Assembly (NCBI GenBank): GCA_000434555.1
Contig: FR880110.1
Span: 95,284-159,283 of the forward strand
Length of the DNA stretch: 64,000 bases
From: Clostridium sp. CAG:524
GTDB lineage: Bacteria; Bacillota_I; Bacilli_A; RF39; UBA660
Direction: 5' to 3'
The position numbers were made by a program, and so were the translations under genes. The notes below the pieces were generated by a model. It was not told where the DNA came from. It made no database searches and saw only the letters and a program-made list of their open reading frames with translations. Below, one piece after another: positions 8,140-18,201 of this stretch. The number at the start of each line of letters is the position of its first letter. Within the stretch, counting starts at the first letter, position 1.

Positions 8140-10608
8140 ATGTGCTATAATAATGTCATGAATAGAATAGTTAATTTCTTACAAAAATATTTTGCTGTTA
8201 TTTCAGTACTTATAGGAATAAGTATTCTTTTAAGTGTTACTTTTTCTAGTTATATCGTTACATCAAACAATCATAAAGCAGCAGAAATGTATATTGGAGA
8301 ACTTAAATATTCAATAGAATTAAATGGAAGTAGTACTAACACTTTAACAGTACCAACAGGAGAAACAATTGTAGATGTTAAGGTAAATAATTTAAATCCA
8401 GTAGATACATATTATAAGTTACTTTATTTAAAGAATACAAACATTACTGTTAAATATTATGAATCAACTAAAGATACAAATGACGTGGTAACCACATATA
8501 ATAAGCCAAATGATTCAATAACAAGTAGTAATTCAAATATAGTAAAATTATTAATTACAAACAATAGTGCTTCTTCTCAAAATATAGCTTTTACTATGAA
8601 AGGTGGATATATAACAAACACTATTCAAGATATAATAACACCATCCACTTATAGTGAGATAACATTAGTAGAAACACCTAGTACTAATACATATTTTTGT
8701 ACAACAACAAATACTTTAACACAAGGTTTAAAATATGTGAATGGACAATATACATATGCTTATAAACAAGAAGGAAAAAATAGTTCATCTTTATCTTGGA
8801 GAAATATAACTACTGATGGTTGGGGAGTACAGCTTACTGATAGAACAAGTACTGATGCAGTAACAAGTAGTTTATGTACGTATATTAACAATAAACCAAT
8901 ATCCTCAATGTCAAATATGTTTGTTTACAGTCAAGCTACTTCAATAAATTTAAGCAATTTTAATACAAGCAAAGTAACAAATATGAGTGCTATGTTTTAT
9001 AAAAGCCAAGCCACAACATTAGATTTAAGTAGTTTTGACACAAGTAATGTAACTCTTATGGATTTTATGTTTGCTTATAGTCAAGCTACAACTTTAGATG
9101 CGAGCAAACTTAATACATCAATCGTAAAAAATATGTCATATATGTTTATAGATAGTCAAGCCACAACATTAGATTTAAGTAATTTTGATACATCAAACGT
9201 AACCAATATGTATAGTATGTTTGAAGGAAGTCAAGCTACAACTTTAGATGTAAGTAACTTTGATACATCAAAAGTAACGGATATGGGTTGGATGTTTAAA
9301 GGTAATAAATCCACAACCGTAGATGTAAGTAAATTTGATACAAGCAATGTAACAAATATGAGTAATATGTTTTCTAATAGTCAAGCCACAACGCTAGATG
9401 TAAGTAATTTTAATACGAGCAAAGTAACAAATATGAGCTATATGTTTTGGAATAGTAAATCCACAATGCTAGATGTAAGTAATTTTAATACAAGCAATGT
9501 AACAAATATGAGTTATATGTTTTGGAATAGTAAATCCACAATGCTAGATGTAAGTAATTTTAATACAAGCAATGTAACAAATATGAGTTATATGTTTTCT
9601 GGTAGCAAAGCAACTACATTAGATTTAAACAATTTTGATACATCAAAAGTAACGAATATGAGTTATATGTTTTCTAGTTCTACAAATCTTAAAACAATAT
9701 ATGTAAGTAATAAGTTTAATACTGATAAAGTTACATCCAGCACTTATATGTTTTATGGTTGTACTAAACTAATAGGCGGAGCAGGAACTAAATATAATTC
9801 AAGCTATATTGATAAAACATATGCTCATATAGATGGTGGAACAAGTAACCCAGGATACTTTACTGATATTGCTGAAAAAGATATTCCAGCACCTAATTCA
9901 TTTGCGGCTGATTCATGGAAAACAATAATTAAAGCAGTTGGAAATAATAACATAAGCAAATACAATGTTGGTGATACTAGAACAATAGATATGGGAACAT
10001 ATGGAACACATACTTTACGTATTGCAAATAAATCTAAGCCTAGTTCTTGTTCTAAGTCTGGTTATTCTCAAACAGCATGCGGATTTGTTCTTGAATTTGC
10101 AGATATAATAACAACATATAATATGAATCCAGCCGGAACATATAAGAATGTAGAATATGAATATGGCTGGAATAAAGATGGTTGGCCAGCATCAGCAATG
10201 AGAACATTTGTAAATAATGATATATATAATTCATTACCATCTGATTTAAGAAGTGGAATAGTAGAAACAACAGTTGTATCAGGATATGGTAGTTCAGATA
10301 GTGCTAATTTCACGTCTACTGATAAATTGTATTTATTATCGCCAATGGAAGTTTGGGGAGATTGGACTGGAATGTATGGTTCTGAAGTAGATAGAGCTAA
10401 AAATCAGACTAGACAGTTAGATTATTATAGTAATTTAGGTGTAACCTATAATAATTATAATAGTGCTATAAAAAAACATGGAAAAACTCAATATTTTTGG
10501 TGGCATCGTTCAGCTAAATATGATAATAATATTGGATTTTATGGTATGCGAGGTAATGGATATGCCTATCGTGATGGTGGTGTTTCTCCTGCATTCAGGA
10601 TAGGCTAA
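8140..10608 (+). CDS. BspA-family / DUF285-type leucine-rich-repeat surface protein with a C-terminal globular domain
   Basis: N-terminal TM/signal anchor. Twelve 25-aa repeats of the form LDxSNFxTSxVTNMSYMFxxSxAT (DUF285 / mycoplasma-type LRR). The C-terminal ~270 aa ends ...WWHRSAKY...GVSPAFRIG. The true start may be the Met at 8158. Confidence 0.8.
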   Translation: MCYNNVMNRIVNFLQKYFAVISVLIGISILLSVTFSSYIVTSNNHKAAEMYIGELKYSIELNGSSTNTLTVPTGETIVDVKVNNLNPVDTYYKLLYLKNTNITVKYYESTKDTNDVVTTYNKPNDSITSSNSNIVKLLITNNSASSQNIAFTMKGGYITNTIQDIITPSTYSEITLVETPSTNTYFCTTTNTLTQGLKYVNGQYTYAYKQEGKNSSSLSWRNITTDGWGVQLTDRTSTDAVTSSLCTYINNKPISSMSNMFVYSQATSINLSNFNTSKVTNMSAMFYKSQATTLDLSSFDTSNVTLMDFMFAYSQATTLDASKLNTSIVKNMSYMFIDSQATTLDLSNFDTSNVTNMYSMFEGSQATTLDVSNFDTSKVTDMGWMFKGNKSTTVDVSKFDTSNVTNMSNMFSNSQATTLDVSNFNTSKVTNMSYMFWNSKSTMLDVSNFNTSNVTNMSYMFWNSKSTMLDVSNFNTSNVTNMSYMFSGSKATTLDLNNFDTSKVTNMSYMFSSSTNLKTIYVSNKFNTDKVTSSTYMFYGCTKLIGGAGTKYNSSYIDKTYAHIDGGTSNPGYFTDIAEKDIPAPNSFAADSWKTIIKAVGNNNISKYNVGDTRTIDMGTYGTHTLRIANKSKPSSCSKSGYSQTACGFVLEFADIITTYNMNPAGTYKNVEYEYGWNKDGWPASAMRTFVNNDIYNSLPSDLRSGIVETTVVSGYGSSDSANFTSTDKLYLLSPMEVWGDWTGMYGSEVDRAKNQTRQLDYYSNLGVTYNNYNSAIKKHGKTQYFWWHRSAKYDNNIGFYGMRGNGYAYRDGGVSPAFRIG
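8905..9775 (+). repeat. Array of ~12 tandem 75-bp coding repeats (25-aa LRR units)
   Basis: 75-nt periodicity is visible. Units 9424-9498 and 9499-9573 are nearly identical at the nucleotide level, and the identity continues into the next unit. Confidence 0.9.
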
Positions 10609-10635
10609 TAGCCTTACCATATTCTTTACAAATTG

Positions 10636-10678
10636 AACCTTTTATGTTATGATACCTTTCATAAATAAAAGGTTTTTG
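10636..10678 (+). terminator. Rho-independent terminator
   Basis: AACCTTTTAT (10636-10645) pairs with ATAAAAGGTT (10665-10674), followed by TTT. Confidence 0.6.
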
Positions 10679-10696
10679 ATTGTGTGGGGATAATAT

Positions 10697-11839
10697 ATGA
10701 AAAAAGTAATAAAAAGTTATGCTGAAAAAATATGTAGTAGATCATTAATAAGTGATATTAAAATTGAAGAAGTAAAGTCAAAAGAGCCAGAATTATTTTT
10801 AAATGATAATATAGTTCAAGCGATTCGTTTTTATGATATTGAATATATTATTGATAAAGATAAAACTTATTCTAGTGAAAAAGAGAATGTTACTAATTGG
10901 ATTTATTATGGGAGAAGAATGAGTGTTGCTGAACTAAAGAGAATTTATGGTAATGATCCTAAATATAGTACTGTTATTTCTACTGCTGAAGTGTCTGGAT
11001 GTGAATATGTATGTATTACTAAAGGTGGTGTAGTTTTATTAATGAATGATACTGATATAACATTTGAAGAATATATTTCTAAAAAACAAAAATCTAAAGA
11101 AAAAATTGCAATAGAGATGTTCAATAATTTAAAAAGTCATATTGGTGAAGAAGTGTCATGTACATATTATGATAATGAAAAGCAATATCTTGTTCAAGGT
11201 ACGTTAAGAGGAGTATCTCCATTTTCTAGAGTTTTTATTGGATCAGGTGATATGCCTTTTCTTAATTGGAATGGTGGAATATTATATATAAAATTGATGG
11301 ATGGAACAGAATTATATTCAAATTTAAATATACCTTTAACACATAAATGTCATAATGCTTTAGAATTTTTTGAAATTGAAAGACAGGTATTTGGAGATAG
11401 AATTGTTGATAAGAAAGAAAGTGAATATAAAAGAAATAGAGAATTAGCTGATAAAAGAGAAAGAGAAGAAGAACTCGAAGTTCAAAAGAAAAAATATTTA
11501 CTCATGAAAAATGGATTAGAAGTAGTGAAGAAAGAGAAGATAGAAGAATGGTTAGAATATGCTGATAATTGTACTGAACCTGGTTATAAAGCTACGATTG
11601 TTGAAACAGCTATCGATATGATAAAAGAAGTTAATAAAGGCACTTCATTTAGGAAAATTGATCTTGAAATCGAAAGAAGAGGATTAACAGGTGAACCAGC
11701 AAGTTTAGTAGCACTTGGAATAGAAAAGTTTTCAAATAGAGGTGAAGAATTTAAAAAGTATTGGGATAGATTGTATAAAATTGATTTTGGATGTCAAGAT
11801 ATAAATGTACCATCATCATTAATATTAAAGCAAAAATAG
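10697..11839 (+). CDS. Hypothetical cytoplasmic protein (380 aa) with a central charged coiled-coil segment
   Basis: Long ORF with coding-like composition and a charged KRNRELADKREREEELEVQKKK stretch. I recognise no family motif. Confidence 0.6.
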   Translation: MKKVIKSYAEKICSRSLISDIKIEEVKSKEPELFLNDNIVQAIRFYDIEYIIDKDKTYSSEKENVTNWIYYGRRMSVAELKRIYGNDPKYSTVISTAEVSGCEYVCITKGGVVLLMNDTDITFEEYISKKQKSKEKIAIEMFNNLKSHIGEEVSCTYYDNEKQYLVQGTLRGVSPFSRVFIGSGDMPFLNWNGGILYIKLMDGTELYSNLNIPLTHKCHNALEFFEIERQVFGDRIVDKKESEYKRNRELADKREREEELEVQKKKYLLMKNGLEVVKKEKIEEWLEYADNCTEPGYKATIVETAIDMIKEVNKGTSFRKIDLEIERRGLTGEPASLVALGIEKFSNRGEEFKKYWDRLYKIDFGCQDINVPSSLILKQK

Positions 11840-11851
11840 TTTGAAAACTTA

Positions 11852-11880
11852 TTGATTTCTTAAAAAATATTTGTTAAAAT
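11852..11880 (+). promoter_or_regulatory. Sigma-A type promoter of the alaS leader
   Basis: TTGATT (11852-11857), 17-nt spacer, TAAAAT (11875-11880). Confidence 0.55.
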
Positions 11881-11886
11881 ATGTTC

Positions 11887-12077
11887 ATTGAAAGACGAGT
11901 AGAGTAAACTAATATTCTATAGAGAGTTAGTGGTTGGTGAAAACTAATGATATTGTTATTTGAAGCTACTTTCATTTATGAGTTAATCACTCACGTGGAA
12001 ATACGTTACATTAATTAAGTTAAATAAAAGGATGGTACCGTCATAATGACTCCTTATGTACTATTCTTTTTTATTTT
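11887..12077 (+). promoter_or_regulatory. T-box riboswitch leader, Ala (GCU) specifier
   Basis: AGAGAG bulge motif and a GGUGAAA distal-loop motif (11921-11941). GAA-GCU-A specifier context with GCT at 11965-11967. T-box core AAAGGATGGTACCG (12027-12040). Terminator AAAGGAUGGUAC / GUACUAUUCUUU (12058-12069) plus a U-run. Confidence 0.8.
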
Positions 12078-12096
12078 AGAAAAGGAGAAGGAAAAA

Positions 12097-13842
12097 ATGA
12101 AAATTAAAGATTTGTTTATTGATTTTTTTGTAAGTAAAGGACACAAACAAATACCTAGTGCGCCAGTTGTACCTGAAAATGATCCAAGTGTATTATTTAA
12201 TACTGCAGGTATGCAACCATTAATACCATATTTAATGGGAGAACCACATCCATACGGAACAAGACTATGTGATTATCAAAAATGTATTAGAACAAATGAT
12301 CTAGATGTAATTGGAGACACTTATCATCATACATTCTTTGAAATGTTAGGAAATTGGTCTCTTGGAGATTATTTTAAAGATGAAGCAATTGAATGGAGTT
12401 TTGAATTTCTAACAAAAGTACTTAATATACCAGTAGAAAAACTAGCAGTAACGGTATATGCTGGTAAAGATAATATTCCATTTGATAATACTGCTCATGA
12501 TAAATGGTTAAGTCTTGGCATAAAAGAAGAAAGAATCGCAAGAACTGTTGATGATAATTTTTGGATTGCTGGAGAAACTGGACCTTGTGGACCTGATACT
12601 GAAATGTTTTATTGGAGAAGTAATGAACCTGTTCCTGAGAAGTTTGATCCGGAAGATGTAAGATGGGTAGAAATATGGAATGATGTATTCATGCAATACA
12701 AAAAGAATAGTGATGGAAGTATTGAAGAACTACCTAAAAAGAATGTCGACACAGGTATGGGAGTGGAAAGAGTAACAGCAGTACTTGAAGGAGTAAACGA
12801 TAACTATATGTCTAGTATATGGAGCGATGTTATTGAACTAATTTCTAAAATATCTAATCTTCCATATGAAGGCAACGAAGTAAGTATGAGAATAATTGCT
12901 GATCACTTAAGAACAGCTGTATTTATAAGTGCTGACCCTGCTGGTATTAAGCCTAGTAATGTAGGACAAGGCTATATTTTAAGAAGATTAATTAGAAGAG
13001 CAATTAGACATGCTAAAAAATTAAATATTGATGTTAATAGTGACTGGGAAAGTCAAATCGCATCACTTATAATGAATAAATATGAAATATATTATAGTGA
13101 ACTTAAGGATAATAGAAATATTGTATTAGAAGTACTTAAGAATGAAAAAGAAAAATTTAATAGAACTCTCGAAAAAGGACTTCGTGAATTTGAAAAAGTA
13201 ACTAGAGATAATAAAGATTTAGATGCTTCTACTTCATTTAGATTATATGATACTTATGGCTTTCCAATTGAACTTACAATAGAACTTGCTCATGAAAAAG
13301 GTCTAAATGTCGATGAAGAAGGATTCAAAGAAAAGTTTAAAGCACATCAAGAATTATCAAGAACTGCTTCTGCTGGTCAATTTAAGGGCGGGCTTTCTGG
13401 TAACAATGAAATAGAAACTAAATATCATACTGCAACTCATTTACTTAATGCTGCTTTAAAACAAGTGGTAAGTAAAGATGTTCATCAAAAAGGAAGTAAT
13501 ATTACTGATGAAAGAATGAGATTTGATTTTAGCTGTGATCATAAACTTACTGATGAAGAAAAGAAACAAACTGAAGATTTAGTTAATAAATGGATAAATG
13601 AAGGTCTTCCTGTAAAAGTAGAAGAAATGAAAAAAGAAGACGCTATTGCATCTGGTGCTGAATGTATGTTCATTGAAAAATATCCTGATATTGTAACTGT
13701 TTATACAATAGGTGATAATGTTTCAAAAGAACTTTGTGGTGGTCCTCATGTTAAAAATACTAGTGAACTAGGACATTTTAAAATAGTAAAAGAAGAAGCA
13801 TCAAGTGCTGGCGTAAGAAGAATTAAAGCAATATTAGAATAA
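12097..13842 (+). CDS. alaS: Alanine--tRNA ligase, short form (581 aa) lacking the C-Ala domain
   Basis: The start is placed at the Met behind AAAGGAG (12097), because the track start 12046 lies inside the T-box terminator. Motifs: NDPSVLFNTAGMQP, FFEMLGNWSLGDYFK, DTGMGVERV. Editing-site zinc motifs HTATHLL and CGGPHV are present. The ORF ends directly after GVRRIKAILE. Confidence 0.85.
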   Translation: MKIKDLFIDFFVSKGHKQIPSAPVVPENDPSVLFNTAGMQPLIPYLMGEPHPYGTRLCDYQKCIRTNDLDVIGDTYHHTFFEMLGNWSLGDYFKDEAIEWSFEFLTKVLNIPVEKLAVTVYAGKDNIPFDNTAHDKWLSLGIKEERIARTVDDNFWIAGETGPCGPDTEMFYWRSNEPVPEKFDPEDVRWVEIWNDVFMQYKKNSDGSIEELPKKNVDTGMGVERVTAVLEGVNDNYMSSIWSDVIELISKISNLPYEGNEVSMRIIADHLRTAVFISADPAGIKPSNVGQGYILRRLIRRAIRHAKKLNIDVNSDWESQIASLIMNKYEIYYSELKDNRNIVLEVLKNEKEKFNRTLEKGLREFEKVTRDNKDLDASTSFRLYDTYGFPIELTIELAHEKGLNVDEEGFKEKFKAHQELSRTASAGQFKGGLSGNNEIETKYHTATHLLNAALKQVVSKDVHQKGSNITDERMRFDFSCDHKLTDEEKKQTEDLVNKWINEGLPVKVEEMKKEDAIASGAECMFIEKYPDIVTVYTIGDNVSKELCGGPHVKNTSELGHFKIVKEEASSAGVRRIKAILE

Positions 13843-13931
13843 GAAGTACTAAAAAAGTACTTTTTATTTTCTTTGTTATTGAAAAATAAAAGTAAAAATG
13901 ATATATTTGTTAAGTAAGGTAGGAGATAGAT

Positions 13932-14411
13932 ATGAATAAAAAATTATCATTAGCTATACTTGGAGTATTAATGTTATTTACATTTTCAGCGTGTAAAAAA
14001 GAAGAAGAGGTAAGAAAGCCCATTTCATCTGATTCTTTTAAATTAGTTGGAGAAAGTGATGACTATGAAATTACTGATGTAACTGAAAGTTTAAATAATA
14101 ATAAAGGTATCATGAAGGCTTTAGTTGCTAGAGTTAAAAATAAATATCAAGTAGAATATTATACTTTAGATGATAGTGAAGTTGCTCAAAAGATGTATGA
14201 TAGAAATAAAAAGAGATTTGAATCACAAAAAAATGATAACGATAAAGCTGAAATAGTTGAAACTGATAATTATTCTGAATATAAATTATTAACAAAAGGT
14301 AAATATAAATTATTATGTAAAATAGATAACACTTTAGTATATGCAGATGTTGATGAGCAATATAAAGATAGTGTTGTTGAATTTGCTAAACAGCTTGGAT
14401 ATCTTAAATAA
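13932..14411 (+). CDS. Small lipoprotein, unknown function
   Basis: Signal peptide with lipobox (LMLFTFSAC) and a GGAG RBS. Confidence 0.65.
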   Translation: MNKKLSLAILGVLMLFTFSACKKEEEVRKPISSDSFKLVGESDDYEITDVTESLNNNKGIMKALVARVKNKYQVEYYTLDDSEVAQKMYDRNKKRFESQKNDNDKAEIVETDNYSEYKLLTKGKYKLLCKIDNTLVYADVDEQYKDSVVEFAKQLGYLK

Positions 14412-14474
14412 CTATACGTTCTATGTATAGTTTTTATTTTACAAGTGACTTATATTAATGATATAATTTAATGG

Positions 14475-15509
14475 GTGTTTAATATGAGTATATATGATTT
14501 TACATTAGATGAACTTGAGAATTATTTAGTAGATAATGGATTTAAAAAATATAATGCTACTCAAATATTTGAAGGTATATATAAAAAAAGGGTTTCTTCT
14601 TTTGATGAAATAACTAACATTAGTAAGGAATTAAAAGCATTTTTAAATAATAATTTTGAAATAAAATATTTAAAAGTTTTAGATGAATTAAAGAGTGAAG
14701 ACACAAATAAATATTTACTTGAAGTGAAGGATTCTAGTATTGAAGTAGTACTTATGAAACATGATTATGGAAATAGTATATGTATAAGTACTCAAATTGG
14801 TTGTAATATGGCTTGTGCTTTTTGTGAAAGTGGAAAGTTAAAAAGAGTTAGAAATTTAACTACTGCTGAAATTATATTAGAAGTTTTAACCATAGAAAAG
14901 TTAGAAAATATTAAAGTGGATAATATAGTTGTAATGGGAATAGGAGAGCCATTTGATAATTTTACAAATTTAGTAAAGGCTATTAAGATATTAAATTGTC
15001 CTAAAGGAATTGATTTAGGTTCAAGGAGAATTACAGTAAGTACTTGTGGAATAGTACCAAGAATCAAAGAATTTGCTGATTTAGATACTCAAGTAAATTT
15101 AGCAATAAGTTTGCATGCTCCAAATCAAAGAATTAGAGAAACTTTAATGCCTATTAGTAAAGCGTATAAAATGAATGAATTAATGGATGCGGTTGATTAT
15201 TATATTTCTAAAACTAATAGAAAAGTGACAATGGAATATATTTTATTAGAAGGAATTAATGATAGTATAGAAGACGCTAAGGAACTTGCTAGTCTTTTAA
15301 AAGGAAAACTAGTTTATGTGAACTTAATACCATATAATAGTACTAGTAGTAATTTTAAAAGAAGTTCTAAGGAAAGAATAAATGCTTTTTATGATGAACT
15401 AGTAAAAAATAAAATAAATGTTCAAATGAGAAGAGAGATGGGCAAAGGTATTAAAGGTGCCTGTGGACAATTAAAAGCGAGTCATGAAAGCAATAACATT
15501 AATTTATAA
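14475..15509 (+). CDS. rlmN: 23S rRNA/tRNA (adenine-C2)-methyltransferase, radical SAM
   Basis: CNMACAFCESG radical-SAM cluster motif, MGIGEP, a C-terminal GACGQL cysteine, and the conserved position upstream of stp-prkC. The start could be ATG 14484. Confidence 0.9.
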   Translation: MFNMSIYDFTLDELENYLVDNGFKKYNATQIFEGIYKKRVSSFDEITNISKELKAFLNNNFEIKYLKVLDELKSEDTNKYLLEVKDSSIEVVLMKHDYGNSICISTQIGCNMACAFCESGKLKRVRNLTTAEIILEVLTIEKLENIKVDNIVVMGIGEPFDNFTNLVKAIKILNCPKGIDLGSRRITVSTCGIVPRIKEFADLDTQVNLAISLHAPNQRIRETLMPISKAYKMNELMDAVDYYISKTNRKVTMEYILLEGINDSIEDAKELASLLKGKLVYVNLIPYNSTSSNFKRSSKERINAFYDELVKNKINVQMRREMGKGIKGACGQLKASHESNNINL

Positions 15510-15697
15510 AAAATATTAATTTAAGTATAATTTTCTTTTAATGTAACATCTAATTTACAATGAAGAAAAGTAATGACTTTAAAATCAAAAGTTTTTATGA
15601 TATACTTAAATCAAATAAAATAAATATAATAATAAGAAAGAGATAGGTAGTAATTAGATACTACCTCTTAGTAATCAATACAAAAAGAAGGTGAAAA

Positions 15698-16435
15698 ATG
15701 AAAACTTGTTATCAAACTGATCCAGGAAAAGTAAGAAGTCATAATGAAGATTCAGTTACAATCGTAAAAAATCTTAAAGGTGAATATTTACTTGTAGTTG
15801 CTGATGGTATGGGAGGACATAAAGCTGGTGAAATAGCTAGTTCTCTTGTAGTAACAGAACTTGGAAAACGTTTTAGTGAACTATCTAGTATAGGAACTAA
15901 AGAAGATGCAGTTATATGGTTAAAAGAAATAATAGATGAAATAAATGTAAAGATACTTAAATATGCAGAAGAACACATTGACGCAAATGGTCTAGGGACA
16001 ACTTGTGTGTGTTCAATCCTAACAGATGATTTCTTACTATTTGGTAACGTTGGCGATTCAAGTGGCTTCGTAGAGAAAAAAGGAAAGCTTTATAAAGTAA
16101 CAAAAGATCATACACTTGTAAATATATTACTTGAAAACGGAGAACTTACTGAAGAAGAAGCAAAAAATCATCCTCAAAAAAATGTTCTTATGAAAGCACT
16201 TGGTGCTGCTGAAATAATAGATATGGACATTTTTGATGTTGAAAGAACTGTTGATGGAATATTCCTATGTAGTGATGGACTTACTAACATGTTAACAGTT
16301 GAACAAATAGAAAAAGTTCTAAATGATAATGAACTTGAAATAGAAGAAAAAGTGGATAAATTAATAATGAAAGCGAATACTCGTGGGGGCAATGATAATA
16401 TTACAATAGCTTATATGAGAATGAGTGGTGAATAG
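15698..16435 (+). CDS. stp: PP2C-family Ser/Thr phosphatase
   Basis: RSHNEDS, VADGMGGHKAGE, CSDGL and GGNDNIT motifs. Paired with the kinase gene. Confidence 0.9.
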   Translation: MKTCYQTDPGKVRSHNEDSVTIVKNLKGEYLLVVADGMGGHKAGEIASSLVVTELGKRFSELSSIGTKEDAVIWLKEIIDEINVKILKYAEEHIDANGLGTTCVCSILTDDFLLFGNVGDSSGFVEKKGKLYKVTKDHTLVNILLENGELTEEEAKNHPQKNVLMKALGAAEIIDMDIFDVERTVDGIFLCSDGLTNMLTVEQIEKVLNDNELEIEEKVDKLIMKANTRGGNDNITIAYMRMSGE

Positions 16436-18200
16436 TGTGATAGTTAAAGGTACTAAAATAAATGATAGATACCAAATTATAAAGACCCTTGGTGAGGGTG
16501 GTATGGCTAATGTTTATTTAGCTCATGATACTTATTTGGATAGAAATGTTGCAGTTAAAGTACTTCGTGGAGATCTTGCTAATGATGAAAAGTTTGTAAG
16601 AAGATTTCAAAGAGAAGCATTATCTGCTACAAGTCTTTCACATCCAAATATAGTTGAAATATATGATGTTGGTGAAGACGATGGTCAATATTATATAGTA
16701 ATGGAATATGTTGATGGTAAAACATTAAAACAAGTGTTAAAACAAAGAGGACATTTATCAGTAACAGAAGTAATTGATATAATGCTACAAGTTACAGATG
16801 GTATGGCACATGCACATGATGCTTATATTATTCATAGGGATATAAAGCCTCAAAATATAATGATTTTATCAAATGGGATGATTAAGATAACTGATTTTGG
16901 AGTAGCAATAGCGTTAAATTCTACTCAACTTACACAAACAAATTCAGTTATGGGAACAGTTCACTACATACCTCCAGAACAAGCAAATGGTAAAGGATCA
17001 ACTATTAGAAGTGATATCTACTCAATGGGAATAATGATGTATGAGTTATTAACAGGTCTTCTTCCATATAAAGGAGATAATGCTGTTGAAATAGCACTTA
17101 AACATTTGAGAGAACCACTTCCAAGTGTAAGAAAATTTGACTCATCAATTCCACAATCTATTGAAAATGTAATAATAAAAGCAACAGCTAAGAATCCTAA
17201 AAATAGATATAAAGATGCAAGAGAGATGCATGATGATTTAAAAACTGCACTTGATGCTAGCAGAGTTGATGAAAAAAGATATGTTTATCCATATCCAGAA
17301 AACGACTTAGAAGAAACAAAAGCACTTGATAAAGAAGTAGAAGCAATCAAAGATGCAACAAAAACTAAAAAAGTAGAAAAAGTCAAAGATGACACCGATG
17401 AAGATGAAATTGAAGATAAAAAACAAAATAGAACTTTAATAATAATATTAAGTATATTTGTTGGGCTTGTATTATTATTAACTGTTGGACTTACAATACT
17501 TCTTCATGATGATAATAAAGAAGCAATTATACCTGATGTTGCGAATAGGAGCGTTCAAGTTGCTACTAAGATGTTAAATGATGCTGGATTTGATATAGCA
17601 AAAGATTATAAATATATTGCAAGTGATGTTGTAAAAGAGGGAGATGTAGTTAAAACTAGTCCTGAAATTGGTAGTAATAATAAGTTACCAAAAGAAGTAA
17701 TTCTATATATATCTAGTGGTGAAGCTGCATATGTAATGGAAGATTTCACTGGTGAAAATTATTTAATTGCTCAAGGTAAAATTGAAGCAAAATGTCAGTG
17801 TAATGTCGAAATAGTTGCTGAGGCTGTTGATGAATCTAAGAAGCCAAAAGAAGATACAGTACTTAAGACTGAACCTGCTGCTGGTGATAAAAGTAAACTT
17901 GGTAGTCCTGTTAAGATATATATTCCAAAAGTAGAATATAAATATCCAGACTTTACAAAAGGATATACTATTGCTAAAATAGAAGAATTCGCAGAAAAAC
18001 ATGAATTAAAACTTGAGATAAAATATCAAGAAACAACTTCAGCAGCAGAAGGTACAATATTAAAGCAAAGTAGAGCGGCTTCTTCACTTGTAACACCTGG
18101 AGCTAGTCTTGTAATAACAGTTGCAAGAGCACCAGAAGTAGAAGAACCAACTACAGAGCCAACAAAAGTTCCAACTGAAGGAGACAATACAGGGGAGTAA
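16425..18200 (+). CDS. prkC: Ser/Thr protein kinase with three PASTA domains
   Basis: GEGGMANVY, VAVK, HRDIKPQN, DFG and a PPE-type activation loop. One TM helix is followed by three PASTA-like repeats. The start is ambiguous (GTG 16425 or GTG 16437). Confidence 0.9.
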   Translation: MVNSVIVKGTKINDRYQIIKTLGEGGMANVYLAHDTYLDRNVAVKVLRGDLANDEKFVRRFQREALSATSLSHPNIVEIYDVGEDDGQYYIVMEYVDGKTLKQVLKQRGHLSVTEVIDIMLQVTDGMAHAHDAYIIHRDIKPQNIMILSNGMIKITDFGVAIALNSTQLTQTNSVMGTVHYIPPEQANGKGSTIRSDIYSMGIMMYELLTGLLPYKGDNAVEIALKHLREPLPSVRKFDSSIPQSIENVIIKATAKNPKNRYKDAREMHDDLKTALDASRVDEKRYVYPYPENDLEETKALDKEVEAIKDATKTKKVEKVKDDTDEDEIEDKKQNRTLIIILSIFVGLVLLLTVGLTILLHDDNKEAIIPDVANRSVQVATKMLNDAGFDIAKDYKYIASDVVKEGDVVKTSPEIGSNNKLPKEVILYISSGEAAYVMEDFTGENYLIAQGKIEAKCQCNVEIVAEAVDESKKPKEDTVLKTEPAAGDKSKLGSPVKIYIPKVEYKYPDFTKGYTIAKIEEFAEKHELKLEIKYQETTSAAEGTILKQSRAASSLVTPGASLVITVARAPEVEEPTTEPTKVPTEGDNTGE

Positions 18201-18201
18201 T

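Noticed and set aside
12046-12096. The ORF track gives N-terminal extensions at several genes: alaS 12046, rpe 18984, leuS 31614, spoVAC 39481, 41277, 45956 and DUF3800 61032.
   Set aside because: The extensions run through terminator hairpins or the preceding gene, lack an RBS, or place the ATG 1 nt from the SD. Internal Met codons with proper SD spacing match the expected protein N-termini.
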